64,000 bases of DNA from Calcarisporiella thermophila CBS 279.70 (taxonomy: Eukaryota > Fungi > Calcarisporiellomycota). Of this stretch, positions 35,927 to 48,372 are shown one piece after another. Every line of letters begins with the position of its first letter. Positions within the stretch are counted from its first letter, which is position 1. Below the pieces are notes generated by a model that was given only the letters and a program-made list of their open reading frames with translations, was not told where the DNA came from and ran no database searches. Location: assembly GCF_041956535.1 (NCBI RefSeq), contig NW_027192212.1, positions 29,206 through 93,205 on the forward strand. Reading direction: 5' to 3'. Both the position numbers and the translations under genes were made by a program.

Positions 35927-37147
35927 GCCTGAATAGAAATTGATAGAGATAGACCATATGTTGTATGCATTGGAATAGGTGATTCGTTTGTTTTTTTTTT
36001 ACTGTATCTCACGATAGCATGATGTATTTACTTGACACTAATATATCACGGTATATCATTGTTGACTCGCATTAACAATTTATCCTTCAAATAAAGCGAC
36101 CATTATTGAACTATAGCATTAAAATTCATGAGCATATATAACTTCACATTCTAGCAAGTTAGTTCCCAAGAATTAGGACAAAACATAAACCCGAATAGGT
36201 CATTTAAGTTTGATCGCTTGACATGCTTGAAGGGGATAGTCTTTCTTATCACCCGTCCTACATATTATTCTATATACACTAAATATGATATTATTGACCC
36301 ATCTTTATCATTTAATTATCCTCTATTGTTTTCTATCACAATTATTCTTGACCTCCTACTCTTGGGTAAGCCAACAGACCTGACATTCTACTTCAAGCCC
36401 AGAAATCCATTGAAATACCAATTATCGCTATATCTTCCTATTTTAACAACATCGACGTTCAAAAACGTGCGGCCTATTCTAGTTTGACAAGCAAAAAAGG
36501 GTTAAATTTTTGCTCGTCAGAGATCGAGATTTCCTAGAAGCACCTCTAAAAATTTATTCTAATATTACTGCTTGTCAAAATATGATGTAAATGCTAAGGA
36601 TAAATTATTAAATGAACCATAAATGGAACTCTATATTGCCCATGCATACTTTTACCCCTCAACTAATAACGACATTCAAAGTTCTACAGTATATTAAAGG
36701 CGAATGAGAGGAGTTGATAGTGAACTATTTCAGCTTTTAGTATGAGAGCATTTGACAAGCGAAACTGAGGAGGGTAGACGATTATTCATAGCAATGCAAA
36801 TTTACAAACGCTCAATTTCATTATCTACATTTAAGGCATTAGTTCATGCTATACTCAATTAGTAATATGGATGATATCAATTTTGAGTTGATGACGAATG
36901 TTCCGAAATGGGGCTTCGATTTGAGAAGCTCCGGGGAAAAGGCGTGTCATTACTTTGAATTAAGCATTTAATAATGAAATACGATTTTCGAGTCACTATG
37001 CTGACAAATAATCCAGCTCATGGTAGCCATGGATTTTAATATATATATATATCGACAGTCGAGGTGGAGAATGACCAGAAATTACCCAAGGTTTAATTTC
37101 ATTGACAAAGTACAATATATACGAATACGAAGTATACGAAGCACGTC

Positions 37148-37934
37148 ATGGCCTCTCCAAATTTGACTCTCTACACAGCTGCTACCCCTAATGGACACAA
37201 AGTATCCATCACTCTAGAGGAACTCGATTTACCATACAACGTGAAATCAATCTCCTTTGCTCAAAATGAACAAAAGTCGGATTGGTTTACCAAGATAAAT
37301 CCAAATGGGCGCATTCCTGCATTGACCGATCACTCTCGGGGCGATTTCAATGTTTTCGAATCGGGTGCTATTATGGTATATCTAAGCGAGCACTATGATC
37401 CCGCTGGTAAACTCTACCCAAAAGATCCCGATGCCCGCTCGGAGGTCTTGCAATGGCTTATGTTCCAAATGGGAGGAGTGGGTCCAATGCAAGGTCAAGC
37501 TAACCACTTTCATAGGTATGCCCCTGAGAAGATTGAGTATGGAGTAAAGCGATACCAAAATGAGACTAGGCGATTATACGAGGTGATCGAGAAACACCTC
37601 TCACAAGGAAGGGAATGGCTTGCTGGCGAACAGTATTCTTTGGCTGACATTGCGAATTTCTCATGGTAAACCCTTTTTTTTTCTATATGTATGTTATGAA
37701 ATTAATGCGAGTCATTTATAAAGGATCCGTGGCCACACTTGGGCCGGCGTTTCGATTGACGGCCTTCCTAACCTTAAAGCCTGGCTTGACCGCATCGAAT
37801 CTCGCCCAGCAGTGCAGCGTGGATTGGATGTTCCAGAGAAAGACAAAATCAAGGAGTTAACAAGCAACCCCGAGCTGGCGAAAAAGGCCGAAGAGGCTTC
37901 GAAGGCTTGGATATTAAAAGACCTACAAAAATGA
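37148..37934 (+). CDS. Glutathione S-transferase (Ure2/YfcG-like)
   Basis: [42 protein letters not shown]; intron from 37666 to about 37722; exon 2 ends KDLQK*. Confidence 0.95.
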
Positions 37935-39676
37935 TTTGCTGTCTCCGTTGGAGTGAAACATCTTTGGCATTGAGAGTCCTCGATGCAATCTACGCTCTAT
38001 AGTCTTGCAACGTTTTATTATACTATTCTTGCTATGATTGATATCTTGTTCCTCTTTAGTACAATTGAATCTTTACTTTCTTGTTGTACTTCATTAAATC
38101 ATTGTGATATTTTTCATGGGTGAATATATACAGTGGATACTTACATTCAAAACTTTTATATTATGGGATGGGAAGTATTTAAGATAAACTAGCAATCATT
38201 TTCCAATTATATCTCACAAAATTAGTGGGACTCCAAAAAGCTTCAATTGTTTTCTTCGTTAGTGTACTCATACCATTAGTAGTGAATATCTTTTCCTACT
38301 TCCAAGCTTGTACAATTCAAGATGTTTTAGACTTTATATCTAGATATCCTCTACCCATCATAATATATGAAAGGCAGGGTTAGCACGCTTATGGTGAATC
38401 AATCCTATTTTTGTATGAAAATATTAAATGGGATGGTTACGATGGATGTACAGTTAAAAACGCAAATGATGGGCTGATATTTTAAGGAAGTTAGTCGTGA
38501 GAAATAGGAGGAATGCACAGGAGGTATATGAGCAAATATTATTACAATCAGAAATAAACCACAAATAAAATTTATTACTTAACATGTTAAGAGCTGTGAG
38601 AGAAAAGGACAACTTTTGTGCGTCGCTGAGCCTAGTATCAATTCAAATCATTCGGAGCGGCATGAACTGGAGGTTGCACAGTATTGCTTGGATTTGCTTT
38701 GTTTATTTTCATATGGTAAAGAGTTTTTATACGATGACACCCTAAATACTCTACTAGTTGTGTGCATCCTTTCACATAAGATTTTACTTCGACGGGGTAC
38801 AAAATAATTCTAGAAATCATGCATGATTTATTAACCTGAAGATAAAATCATTACATTGAAAAACCCTAACAAATTTATCCTCATTATCCAATAAGGGACA
38901 TTACAGATTGGCAGGAGGTTAAAAGACATGGTAAATTCATGGCAACAATTTAAAGTAAGAAGAAAAACTAACCAAAAAAATACATACTATTGCCCTTGTA
39001 TAGTGCAACCACCATATAAACACTATGTATACATCGCTAGTAGGACGAATATTTGGAATTTGGATGATGAGGGTACATGGTCACTATAACCTCTACAAGA
39101 GAGCAAAGCTGGAGGTTTAATATGTTTAACCGCGCTTGTAATAGAAATATAAATACGATTGAACTAGTCATTATCGACCCAAATCTTATTTAAATTTTGA
39201 GATCAATTTAGTAAAATATTATGATTGGAATATAACGGCAAGCTCGTCCGATAATATATATACATTTTTGAATTGCAAATATAAAATTGACATGATTTTT
39301 GATTTTATTTACTCATCATATATAGACAAAGTACTCGCTTGGTCAGACTAGAATCTTTGTTACACAAATCGCGTATACTTTAAAAAAATTTAACAACAGA
39401 TAATGACACAATGTGCTGTTGTATAAGCAATAATACCTCTAAGGGGTTGCAAACTACAAAAGTATAAAGTATAAGATAAGAATTTGGTATCCGACAGCAA
39501 AAAAAAAAATTGGTGCAGCGGAATCTCAACAACATTATTTAATTACCTATAAATAATACGACTAGTTGTGGTAAGTATTTGTTTACATACAACCGTGATA
39601 AATCCCATTCAGAGAATCCGCCGAATCTCAACACTATTCCCCTTCCCCCTGTTCATCATTAATTCTTGTATCATAT

Positions 39677-41872
39677 ATGAATTTATCACTTTTTACCCTA
39701 ATTCTCTTGCTATGTTTGCCTCCTATCAGCGCTTTAGACTACATACATTTCGAAGGATTTGGATCCACTCCCCCTAATAATACTTATGTAACATCACCAC
39801 AAAGGACTCTGAGAAAACGGTTTCTTCCTCGTCGACATCAATTGAAAATTGCGCTTGAATTTGCTAAAACTCAGGCCGGCGGTTCCGAGTTCGTAGTGAA
39901 GAATGCCTACCGTTCTAATCATATAGGCGTCACTCATGTATATCTACGCCAGTGGGTCAATGGATCTGAGGTTGTCAATGCAGATATGAATATTAATGTT
40001 GATAAGAGGGGGACGGTGGTATCATATGGGAACTCATTCCATTTAGGAACCAAAAAGAATCAAACATTTAAGGTAAGCTTAATATTCAACTCATTGGGAT
40101 GGAATCAGCATCAGCTATGTGGAATTCTAATTACAATCATGCACTCCAAATATGTAGATGGTTAGAAGAGACAAGAAATACGCACAGCGAAATAAACTAT
40201 TGACACCGGAGAAAGCTCTCGTGTCGCTCTACAATCATTTAGGCCTAAATGTCAAACTCAGCGACATCAAAAGGAACGCAGTCGATTCAATTGAGAGGGA
40301 GAGTTTTCAAGTACTTCTGACAGCACCCTTCTCAGTAGCTCCCATTCCTGCGCGCCTATGTCTGATTCAAACAAGCAGTGGTTTGAAGCGGGTATGGGAA
40401 ATTGCTCCAAAGATGGAAGCCAACTGGATACAGGCCTATATTGATGCTGAGAATGGCAGTTTGAAAGCAATTGGTGACTGGGTAGCAGGAGCTAGCTACA
40501 ATGTCTTTCCGCTTGGAGTGAACGATCCTGAATCAGGGGAGCGCGAGTTGGTCGAGGATCCATATGATAAGATTGCTTCACCATTGGGTTGGCACGAGAT
40601 AAACCAAACCTACTATACGACCACGCTTGGTAATAACGTATATGCCCAAGAGAATCATAACGCTAGCGGAAAAGCGCTACGTAAATTTAGGCCAGATGGC
40701 GGAGCTAAACTAGTGTTCGATTTTGACCTAAACCTTAAGAAAGACCCTATTAAGTCACTGAATGCTTCTATAACCAACGTGTTCTATTGGAATAACCTTG
40801 CAAGTTTTATTATAGCATTATTTCTTTTTGTGAGATGTAATTTAGTTCTAACTTATACTTTTGATAGTTGCATGATTTATTTTATCGGTATGGGTTTAAT
40901 GAAGTGGCGGGCAATTTCCAACAGTACAATCGTGGCCTGGGCGGACGTGAAGGCGATGCAGTAATTGCCCACGTACAATATGGGAAGAACTTCAATCGAT
41001 ATAGAAACAATGCCTTTTTCTGGACACCACCAGATGGCTATCATAGTTATATGAAATTGTATATTTATAATTATACGAAACCACGTCGTGATTCAGCGTT
41101 AAGCAATGATATAATCGTTCATGAGTACACGCACGGACTTAGCACAAGGTTAACGGGCGGACCAGCAAACTCAAATTGTCTTCAATATAGCGAGGCGAGA
41201 GGGATGGGGGAAGGTTGGGGAGATTTCATCGCTACAATCTTGCAGATGCGGTCTAATCACACGCGTGCCCATAATGTTGCACATGCCGCGTATACAAGAG
41301 GAAATAAAAGAGGGAATCGCAAATACCTGGTAGGGCCTTTAGCTCTGAAAAAGGGCATATTTAGTTAGGCTGACGTTTTTGCCTTAATATTCTAATAGTA
41401 TTCTACTAATATGGAAAAAAACCCACTGGTCTATGCCACCCTTAACAAGTATCGAAAAGAACATGCGATGGGCAATGTGTGGGCCACCATTCTCTATGAG
41501 GTGTATTGGAATTTAGTTGATAAGCTGTCCTTCACACCTGATTGGTTCCCACCCACATCTAGCAGCGCAGCTGCAAAAGAGCACATTGTTCGCCATGGCA
41601 ACACACTCGCATTGCAGCTTGTCATAGATGGGATGAAACTGCAACCTTGTCGACCAACCTTCGTGGATGCGCGAGAGGCTATTCTTCTAGCAGATCGATT
41701 ACTGACAAATGGAGCCCATCAATGCGAGATATGGAAAGGGTTCGCAAAGAGAGGGCTGGGTGTCGGTGCCAAGTTTGAGCGCGATGACAAAGATTGGGTG
41801 GTGAATCGGGTCCAAGATTTTGAAATACCAAAAAATATTTGTGAAAAGAGCTCACAGATGCTGCGCTTGTGA
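39677..41872 (+). CDS. Fungalysin (M36) secreted metalloprotease
   Basis: Signal peptide, FTP propeptide (GVTHVYLRQ), SPLGWH, TLGNNV, HEYTHGLSTRLTGG, GMGEGWGD; introns 40073-40157, 40800-40867 (GC-AG), 41330-41398. Confidence 0.96.
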
Positions 41873-42054
41873 ATAGAAATTTCACTATTATATCCTCAGC
41901 TTGTTTTCGTCATTGTTGGCAGACGTACATTAACACAACGTATACTATTTTTAATAAGATTTCGAGATTATTTGGCTTATTTCGGATATACATATAATAA
42001 TTAATAGTTAATAGAATTCAAGAAATTATCCCAATCTACTCCATCGTTTAATAA

Positions 42055-42831
42055 TACATGTATGGTAAACAGAAATTCCACTTCATTCCTGTGCATACAA
42101 CTTCGATCATTCTTTTATCCTACACAGATACAAGAACGGTTAGCATTGCTTCCATCAACGAAACTGATCCAGTCAGCACAGACACCGTAGTCTTCCCTAC
42201 TACAGCACTCTGTTGGAAAAATGTCGATAATGCTTTCACTTGGGGTGTTGGCTCTACCGAGAGACCGAAATGGGGCACCATTGCCTGACTAATTATCGGG
42301 GCTCCTACGCTCTTATCCAATAGAACTCGCACCGATTGGCCGCATACATGCGTTGGTACAGTGAATGACTTCGGCCCAGGTGTTATGCTTACTACAGATG
42401 TTAGCCACAAATTTCTTTGGACAATTCCGCAATTTAATGATTTTAATTACCACAATGATAGCACCTTCTCAGTTCCTCATTGACTTTCGCCTCCTCTTCT
42501 CTCTTCTCGTCTTTATCATTCTTGGCATTTTTGGCCTGGCGATGTGACCGTCCCTTTCGACTAGAATTGCCTTCCTTTGATGGCAGTTTGGGGTTCATCT
42601 CAGACGCGGTAACATGCTTTACCATTACCTTTGAAGCCTTCTCCTCGAAGGTACGGTAACTAGCTTCTGCCTTGCGTACCTCGGCTATTGCAGTTTCAAG
42701 CGTATCAAAATTACCCTAGGCTATATGCTTCGCTAGCGACTCTCGAACAGCTGAATTCAGGATATCGATGTTACCTTCTTCCTCGAAGATAACATTGTGT
42801 TTGAGCAAGTGCTTCACAAGTGGAGCGCATT
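42055..42831 (-). mobile_element. Inverted, internally deleted Ty3/gypsy copy (gag/protease joined to an RT fragment)
   Basis: 42121-42690 is the diverged reverse complement of 42832-43404; 42055-42115 matches RT at 44124-44181. Confidence 0.88.
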
Positions 42832-45800
42832 CAACCGTAATTGCCGAGATACGCAAGGCAGAAGCTAGTTACCGTACCTTCGAGGAAAAGGCTTCAAAGG
42901 CAACGATCAAGCGTGCTATCGCGTCAGAGGCGAGTCCTAAACAGTCGTCGAAAGAAGGCAATTCTAGACGAAAGGGACGTTCGCATCGCCAGGTCAAAAA
43001 TGCTAAGAATGATAAAGACGAGAAGACAGAAGAGAAAGCGAAGGACACTAAGGAACCGGGAAGGTATTACCTATGTGGGGATCCTAATCATTTATTGCGA
43101 AGCTGTCCAAAGAAGTTTGTGGCGACCTCAGCAATAAATATAACACATGGGCCGAGGACATTCACTGTCCCAGCGCATGTATGCGGTCAATCGGTACGAG
43201 TTCTATTGGATAAGAGCGTAGGAGCCCCGATAATTAGTCAGGCAATGGTGTCCCGCTTCGGTCTCTCGGTAGAACCAACACCACAAGTAAAGGCATTGTC
43301 GACACTTTTCTAACAGAGCGCTGTAGTAGGGAAGACTACGGTGTCTGTGCAGACTGGATCAGTTTCGTTGATGGAAGTAAGGTTAGTGGTTCCTGTATCT
43401 GTGTATGATATTATCATTGATTTTTCAACGCTAGGGAGACATGACTTTTACATAGGATGCGAAGATGGCGTCCTATACCCCAATGGAAATGAAGTCGTGA
43501 GGATGGTTAAATGCGAAGAACCCGTTGTGTCCCTTCACGCATCAGAGAGAATGAAGGAATTTACGGAAAATATCGGAGATGCAAAGCATGGATGCGATTT
43601 TGGAGATGTATGCGACCAGAGAGAGACTCTGCTCAGCGGGTTCCCTCAAGTTCTCGCGGAAAATCCAAGGAAACCGGAGCGTACAGATGTCGGTCATCAT
43701 GGTATTGATAGGAGAATTGCGAAGCCTATCAATCTTCTTCCGCGTCGATTGCCACCTACTTTCCGAGACTCATCGATTGTGGAGCTGAAACAAATGATCG
43801 ACAATGAGATAGTACGTCCTTCTAAAAGTCCGTGGGCAGCGCCATTAAACCCTGTGAGGAAGAGAGATGGGGCTATTAGAATGACTGTTGACTATCCTGT
43901 ATGAAGGTGACGAAAAAGGATAAATGCCCTTTGCCAAATCTGCAGGATTATTTTCACATCTGAGAGGCGCTAGAGTGTTTTCGACCATTGATTTAGCATC
44001 GGGGTTTTGGCAGATTGAACTCGAGGAAGCAGATCGGAAGAAAACAACATTTGCTTCCCCGTTGAGCCTTATTGAGATTAACGTTATGCCATTTGGATTG
44101 ACGAACGCTCCAGCCACCTTTCAACGAATGATCGACGTCGTATGCGCAGGAATGAAATGGAGTTTCTGCTTACCATACATGGATGATCTGTTGGTGTTCT
44201 CTGCAACATTGGAGGAGAATTTCGAACATCTGAGGAGAGTGTTTGAAGCTCTTGTCAATGCCGGCCTCAAGCTTAAGAAGAGCAAGTGCAAGTTCTTCGG
44301 AAAAGAAGTTTAATACTTGGGTCATATTATCGGAGAGCATGGCATAAAGACAGACCCTGAGAAGACACAGGCAATTGCGGAATTTCCTGAGCCGAAAAGT
44401 CTAGCGGAGAGCCAAACCTTTGAGTGATTTAACGCAGAAGAATATTGTTTTCAAGTTTGGAGAACGACACAGAGATGCGTTCAAAGATATTCGTGATGCT
44501 CTGGTGGGAGCTCCAATTTTACAACATCCCGATTTCAGTCGTCCGTTTTATGTCCAAACCGACGCAAGTAACACTGGTTTGGGAGCTGTATTGGCACAAC
44601 GCGACGATCGAGGTAAAGAACATATGATTGCTTGCCTTAGTAGTAATCTGCGACCAGCGGAACACAGTTACACTGCTACGAAAAAGGAAGCACTTGCATT
44701 GTGTTGGGTGCTTGAAAAGTTTAAACCGTTCATCTATGGGTATGAGGTAATCGTACAAACCGGTCACAGTGCACTCAGGCAGATTTTGGATACTGTGGAA
44801 CCGGTGGGACGCCTTGCATGATGGATCCTATTATTGCAAGAATATAGACCGAGGATCGAGCATCGGAAGGGAACAGCTAATCCAAATGCAGATGCGCTAT
44901 CTCGTGCACATGTATATCGAGGAGATCCAAATGAAGTAGGCGACCTGGAGGTTTCACCCTGGATGTGGGGAGCGAGCCTAGTCGAGGTAGAAGGGCAACA
45001 GGTTCCGACTCTAACGGGAAGTGAGATTGGCAGGATAAAGCAGTTGCAGCGCGAGGATGCTGCTATAAAGGAGATCATAGAAGTTCTAGAGAGTGGACTG
45101 ACCCCTTCAGCGGCTACCACCAAATCGCTTTTAGCACGGGCAGAGCATGCTCGCCACTATGAACTCCAGGATGGAATACTCATCGGAGGTGGGTTTCTAA
45201 ATTCGGAGAGGAACCATCTCTGCGGATAGTGATTCCGGTGGGACTCAGAGATGTGGTCCTCAAATCACTACATGACGATCAGACTGGCGACCGTTTGGGA
45301 GTCGAGAAGATTTTGGGAAATTGGAGAGTCGATTCTATTGACCAAAAATGCGACGTGATATGAGGCGATATGTAGAGGGTTGCGAGCTATGCCAAAAGTA
45401 TCGTATTGGGAATGCTACGGCCTCAGGTCAGGTTATTCCAGTGCGTGTTCCCGACACAGCAGAGAGTCTCGATGGATATTCTAGGGCTATTTCCAACTAC
45501 AGAGCTAAGTAACCGTTTTGTGTTGGTAATGACGGAACATGTCACGAGGTAGGTCGAGGCAGTTCCGTTGAGGGATATCACGGCAGGGTTGGTGGCTAGA
45601 TGCCTCAGTGAGACTTGGATATGTCGTTTCGGTATACCACATGAAGTGTTGACAGGCCAAGGACCTCAATTCGCTCGTGAGCTTTTCGAGGAAGTATGTG
45701 CGCTCCTGGGAATTAAGCACGTATTGGCTACACCTTACCGCTCTCAGATGAATGGAATGACGGAGAGATTTAATAGAACTCTTGCGCAGAAGTTGGCCCT

Positions 45801-46727
45801 ATACTTAAGCGAGGATCAGCGCGATTAGGACTCCCACCTACCATTTGTTTTGTTTGCATATTGTACATCCAAGCATGCAATTATGAAGTTTTCACCGTAT
45901 TGGTTGATGTTTGGGCGAGAGACACGTCTTCCAGTTAACACAACAACCCGAGCATCCGGTTCCAGTGGAAATGCAGACCATGACTCGGGCATATATTTGG
46001 ACATGTTGGAGAATGCTCTATTTCGTGCACACGAGGCAGCCTTAAGTAACAATGATCGAGACCATGAACGCGTGAGACGCAGAGATGAAGACAAGGAGAT
46101 AGTCTGTAACACGACCGAATTTACACTATAATATTAATTAAAATACTTTCTTATATACATTATTTACTTATTTAATTACTTTTCCTTTTATATACTTATT
46201 GACCACAAATTCACTATTGGTGTATTAATGTTCCACTTAGATACTCCCGAGATTCTATTTAAATTCACTCCTTTTTGTTTATTGTCCCTCACCTCTTTCC
46301 TGAATTCTATTCTTTAAGAATAAGGATATCTAACAGTCCTCAAAAACTGTTACAAAGTCAAAGTCTTTAATGAGGGAGAATTGGTCTGGGTTCGCAATGA
46401 AGTTTAGGTTTCTGAGACTGCAGAGAAGTTTTCAGCCCGGTTCAAGGGTCCTTATCAGATAGTGCAGAAAGTGGGACCAAAGACCTATGGGGCCAAGAAG
46501 TCAAGAACTGTCACGGTAAATAGATTGCGCGCGTATGTTTCGAGGGATGCTACACATAGTCAAATTTGTTTGCGCTCGGGACGTTTGCACTTGGTGTTGG
46601 GATTATGTTACATTTGTGACAACTTGCTGACCTTACTATTCTATGGGTATATATTTTGGACGTTTTGCATTTTGGAAGAATAAGCGGAGTTATTACCTTT
46701 CTCTCCAATTTCAACTATCAAATAACA
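42832..46727 (+). mobile_element. Degenerate Ty3/gypsy retrotransposon (5'-truncated), PR-RT-RH-IN order, short 3' LTR at 46606-46727
   Basis: Zn-knuckle remnant, SPWAAP, DLASGFWQ, MPFGLTNAPATFQ, YMDD, TDAS, integrase GMTERFNRT and GPY; many stops and frameshifts. Confidence 0.95.
46105..46354. mobile_element. Solo LTR (family A) nested in the gypsy integrase
   Basis: Closely matches 1839-2110; TSD tagtc/aagtc; integrase-like sequence resumes afterwards (VFNEGELVWVRN...FKGPY). Confidence 0.9.
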
Positions 46728-46732
46728 CTAAT

Positions 46733-46816
46733 TGTTAAGGATAGTTTGAGAATGGTTAGGTTAAATAAAGCAAGCGGAGTTTTCTCTTACTCTCCTATCT
46801 CAAACTATCCATAACA
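46733..46816. repeat. 84-bp unit made of two inverted gypsy LTR 3' ends
   Basis: tgttaaggatagtttgaga...tctcaaactatccataaca; flanks ctaat/caaat. Confidence 0.65.
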
Positions 46817-47912
46817 CAAATGTAAGAAAAATTAAGCCCCAAAAAAATTTTTATGGGCGCAGGAGGTAACCCTTCGAAAGAAAATCATGCTAACCAGGCT
46901 TAAACTAATTGGCTATCAGAAAGTGAGGCTTAGAATGTACATAATAATAAGCCACTAAGCATCGACTCCAATTTAAGAGGCTAATTCAATAGGAATATAC
47001 TAGGTAATTTTTATTTTTTAAGCTAAAATATATAACCCCTGAAACACAACCAAAACTTTGTTAAGTTTACAGTATGTTATCAATGAAAAGAATACCATAG
47101 TGTCACATAAAATGAAATGCGACCTTTTAGGATATGGTCTATTATTGCTGCAGATGATACAGCATATATTCGCTTTAATAGAAGTTTTGTGTGCCATGAC
47201 ATGAGGAGCCAAAGAAGTATAAAAAGGAATACTTTGATATAGTAATAAAAAAACATTTTAGGTTATTTTCTATTTGTACTTATAGCAATCAACAATTAGT
47301 TCATTCTCTGAAATCTATGTTATACTTTCACAAAATCCTTCTAAGAACTTGAGTATATAAAATTCAAATTGAATGTTCGCTATTTAAATATCGTACGCCA
47401 CATTCTGTAGCAGTGTAACAATAATGTTGTGAAGCTTTCTAAATTCTGAAAATTTAATCTCAAATACTTGTATAGCGAAGTGGTCGTGATTATTAATTGC
47501 TTATTTAAATATGAAGACCGAGAAAGTGCTACCCGCTGCTATATAGCTTAAAATAAGCTTACGTTATTACGTGATTTCATTTTGTAGCGGTAAACTTTTT
47601 TAAGATAAATAAACTTGAGGATGATTCATATACAACAGCCAATTTCGTTTGAAGTATATAACTGAATGTCCGACTTTATTCAAATCCATCTATTACTTAT
47701 ACAAAACCTGTCAGATACCACTTCGAATATAACTCTCATTTCTTTTCACCTCTTGCTACTCCTCAATACTAAAGAGTAGGTGCCATTTGCTGGTTTTTGA
47801 ACCAGAACTCGCTATCTCAAGCACCAAGTCGTTTTTATTTGATTCCAAATTATACTAACATATTCTTTTATCATTTTTCATTTGGGCCTAGTTTTTTTTT
47901 TTGGCGCTCAAT

Positions 47913-48221
47913 ATGTTGAAATCTACAATTTTGCTCTGCGTCGCAACCTTATTTAGTGTAGCTGTCTGCGACCCATGCGTTCTTCGATTAGATTTTCCAT
48001 TTGAAAAACAGATATGTGAGCACAGCTCCATAGTTGGCGAAAAAAATTGTTTTGGCGTGCTCAAGAACTGCTTAGGATATGATTTCTATTCATTCCAAAG
48101 ACATGACTGGAACTCAACCAACGAATATGACTATCGTGCGCTGGTAGGACTTGGTGACTCGGCAACTTATAAATGTCTGACCAGAGTTGGATTTAAGTGC
48201 AAGGAAGACAGACCTGAGTAG
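47913..48221 (+). CDS. Small secreted Cys-rich protein (102 aa)
   Basis: ATG at 47913, signal peptide MLKSTILLCVATLFSVAVC, six mature Cys. Confidence 0.75.
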   Translation: MLKSTILLCVATLFSVAVCDPCVLRLDFPFEKQICEHSSIVGEKNCFGVLKNCLGYDFYSFQRHDWNSTNEYDYRALVGLGDSATYKCLTRVGFKCKEDRPE

Positions 48222-48372
48222 AAATGAATAAGATTGAATCATGCCGGATTATTTATTAATACTATTCCATTATTCTCAATAAAGATATTTATATTAATAT
48301 TATTTGATGTTAATTCACAAGGCATCATTGCGTTCGTTAATGATATCTAGGATACAGTAAATAGTCTATTAT

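Noticed and set aside
42832-46727. RIP-like CpA to TpA signature inferred from nonsense codons
   Set aside because: Transition-derived stops can only come from CAA, CAG, CGA or TGG, so the context bias is built in; it needs a full alignment-based mutation spectrum
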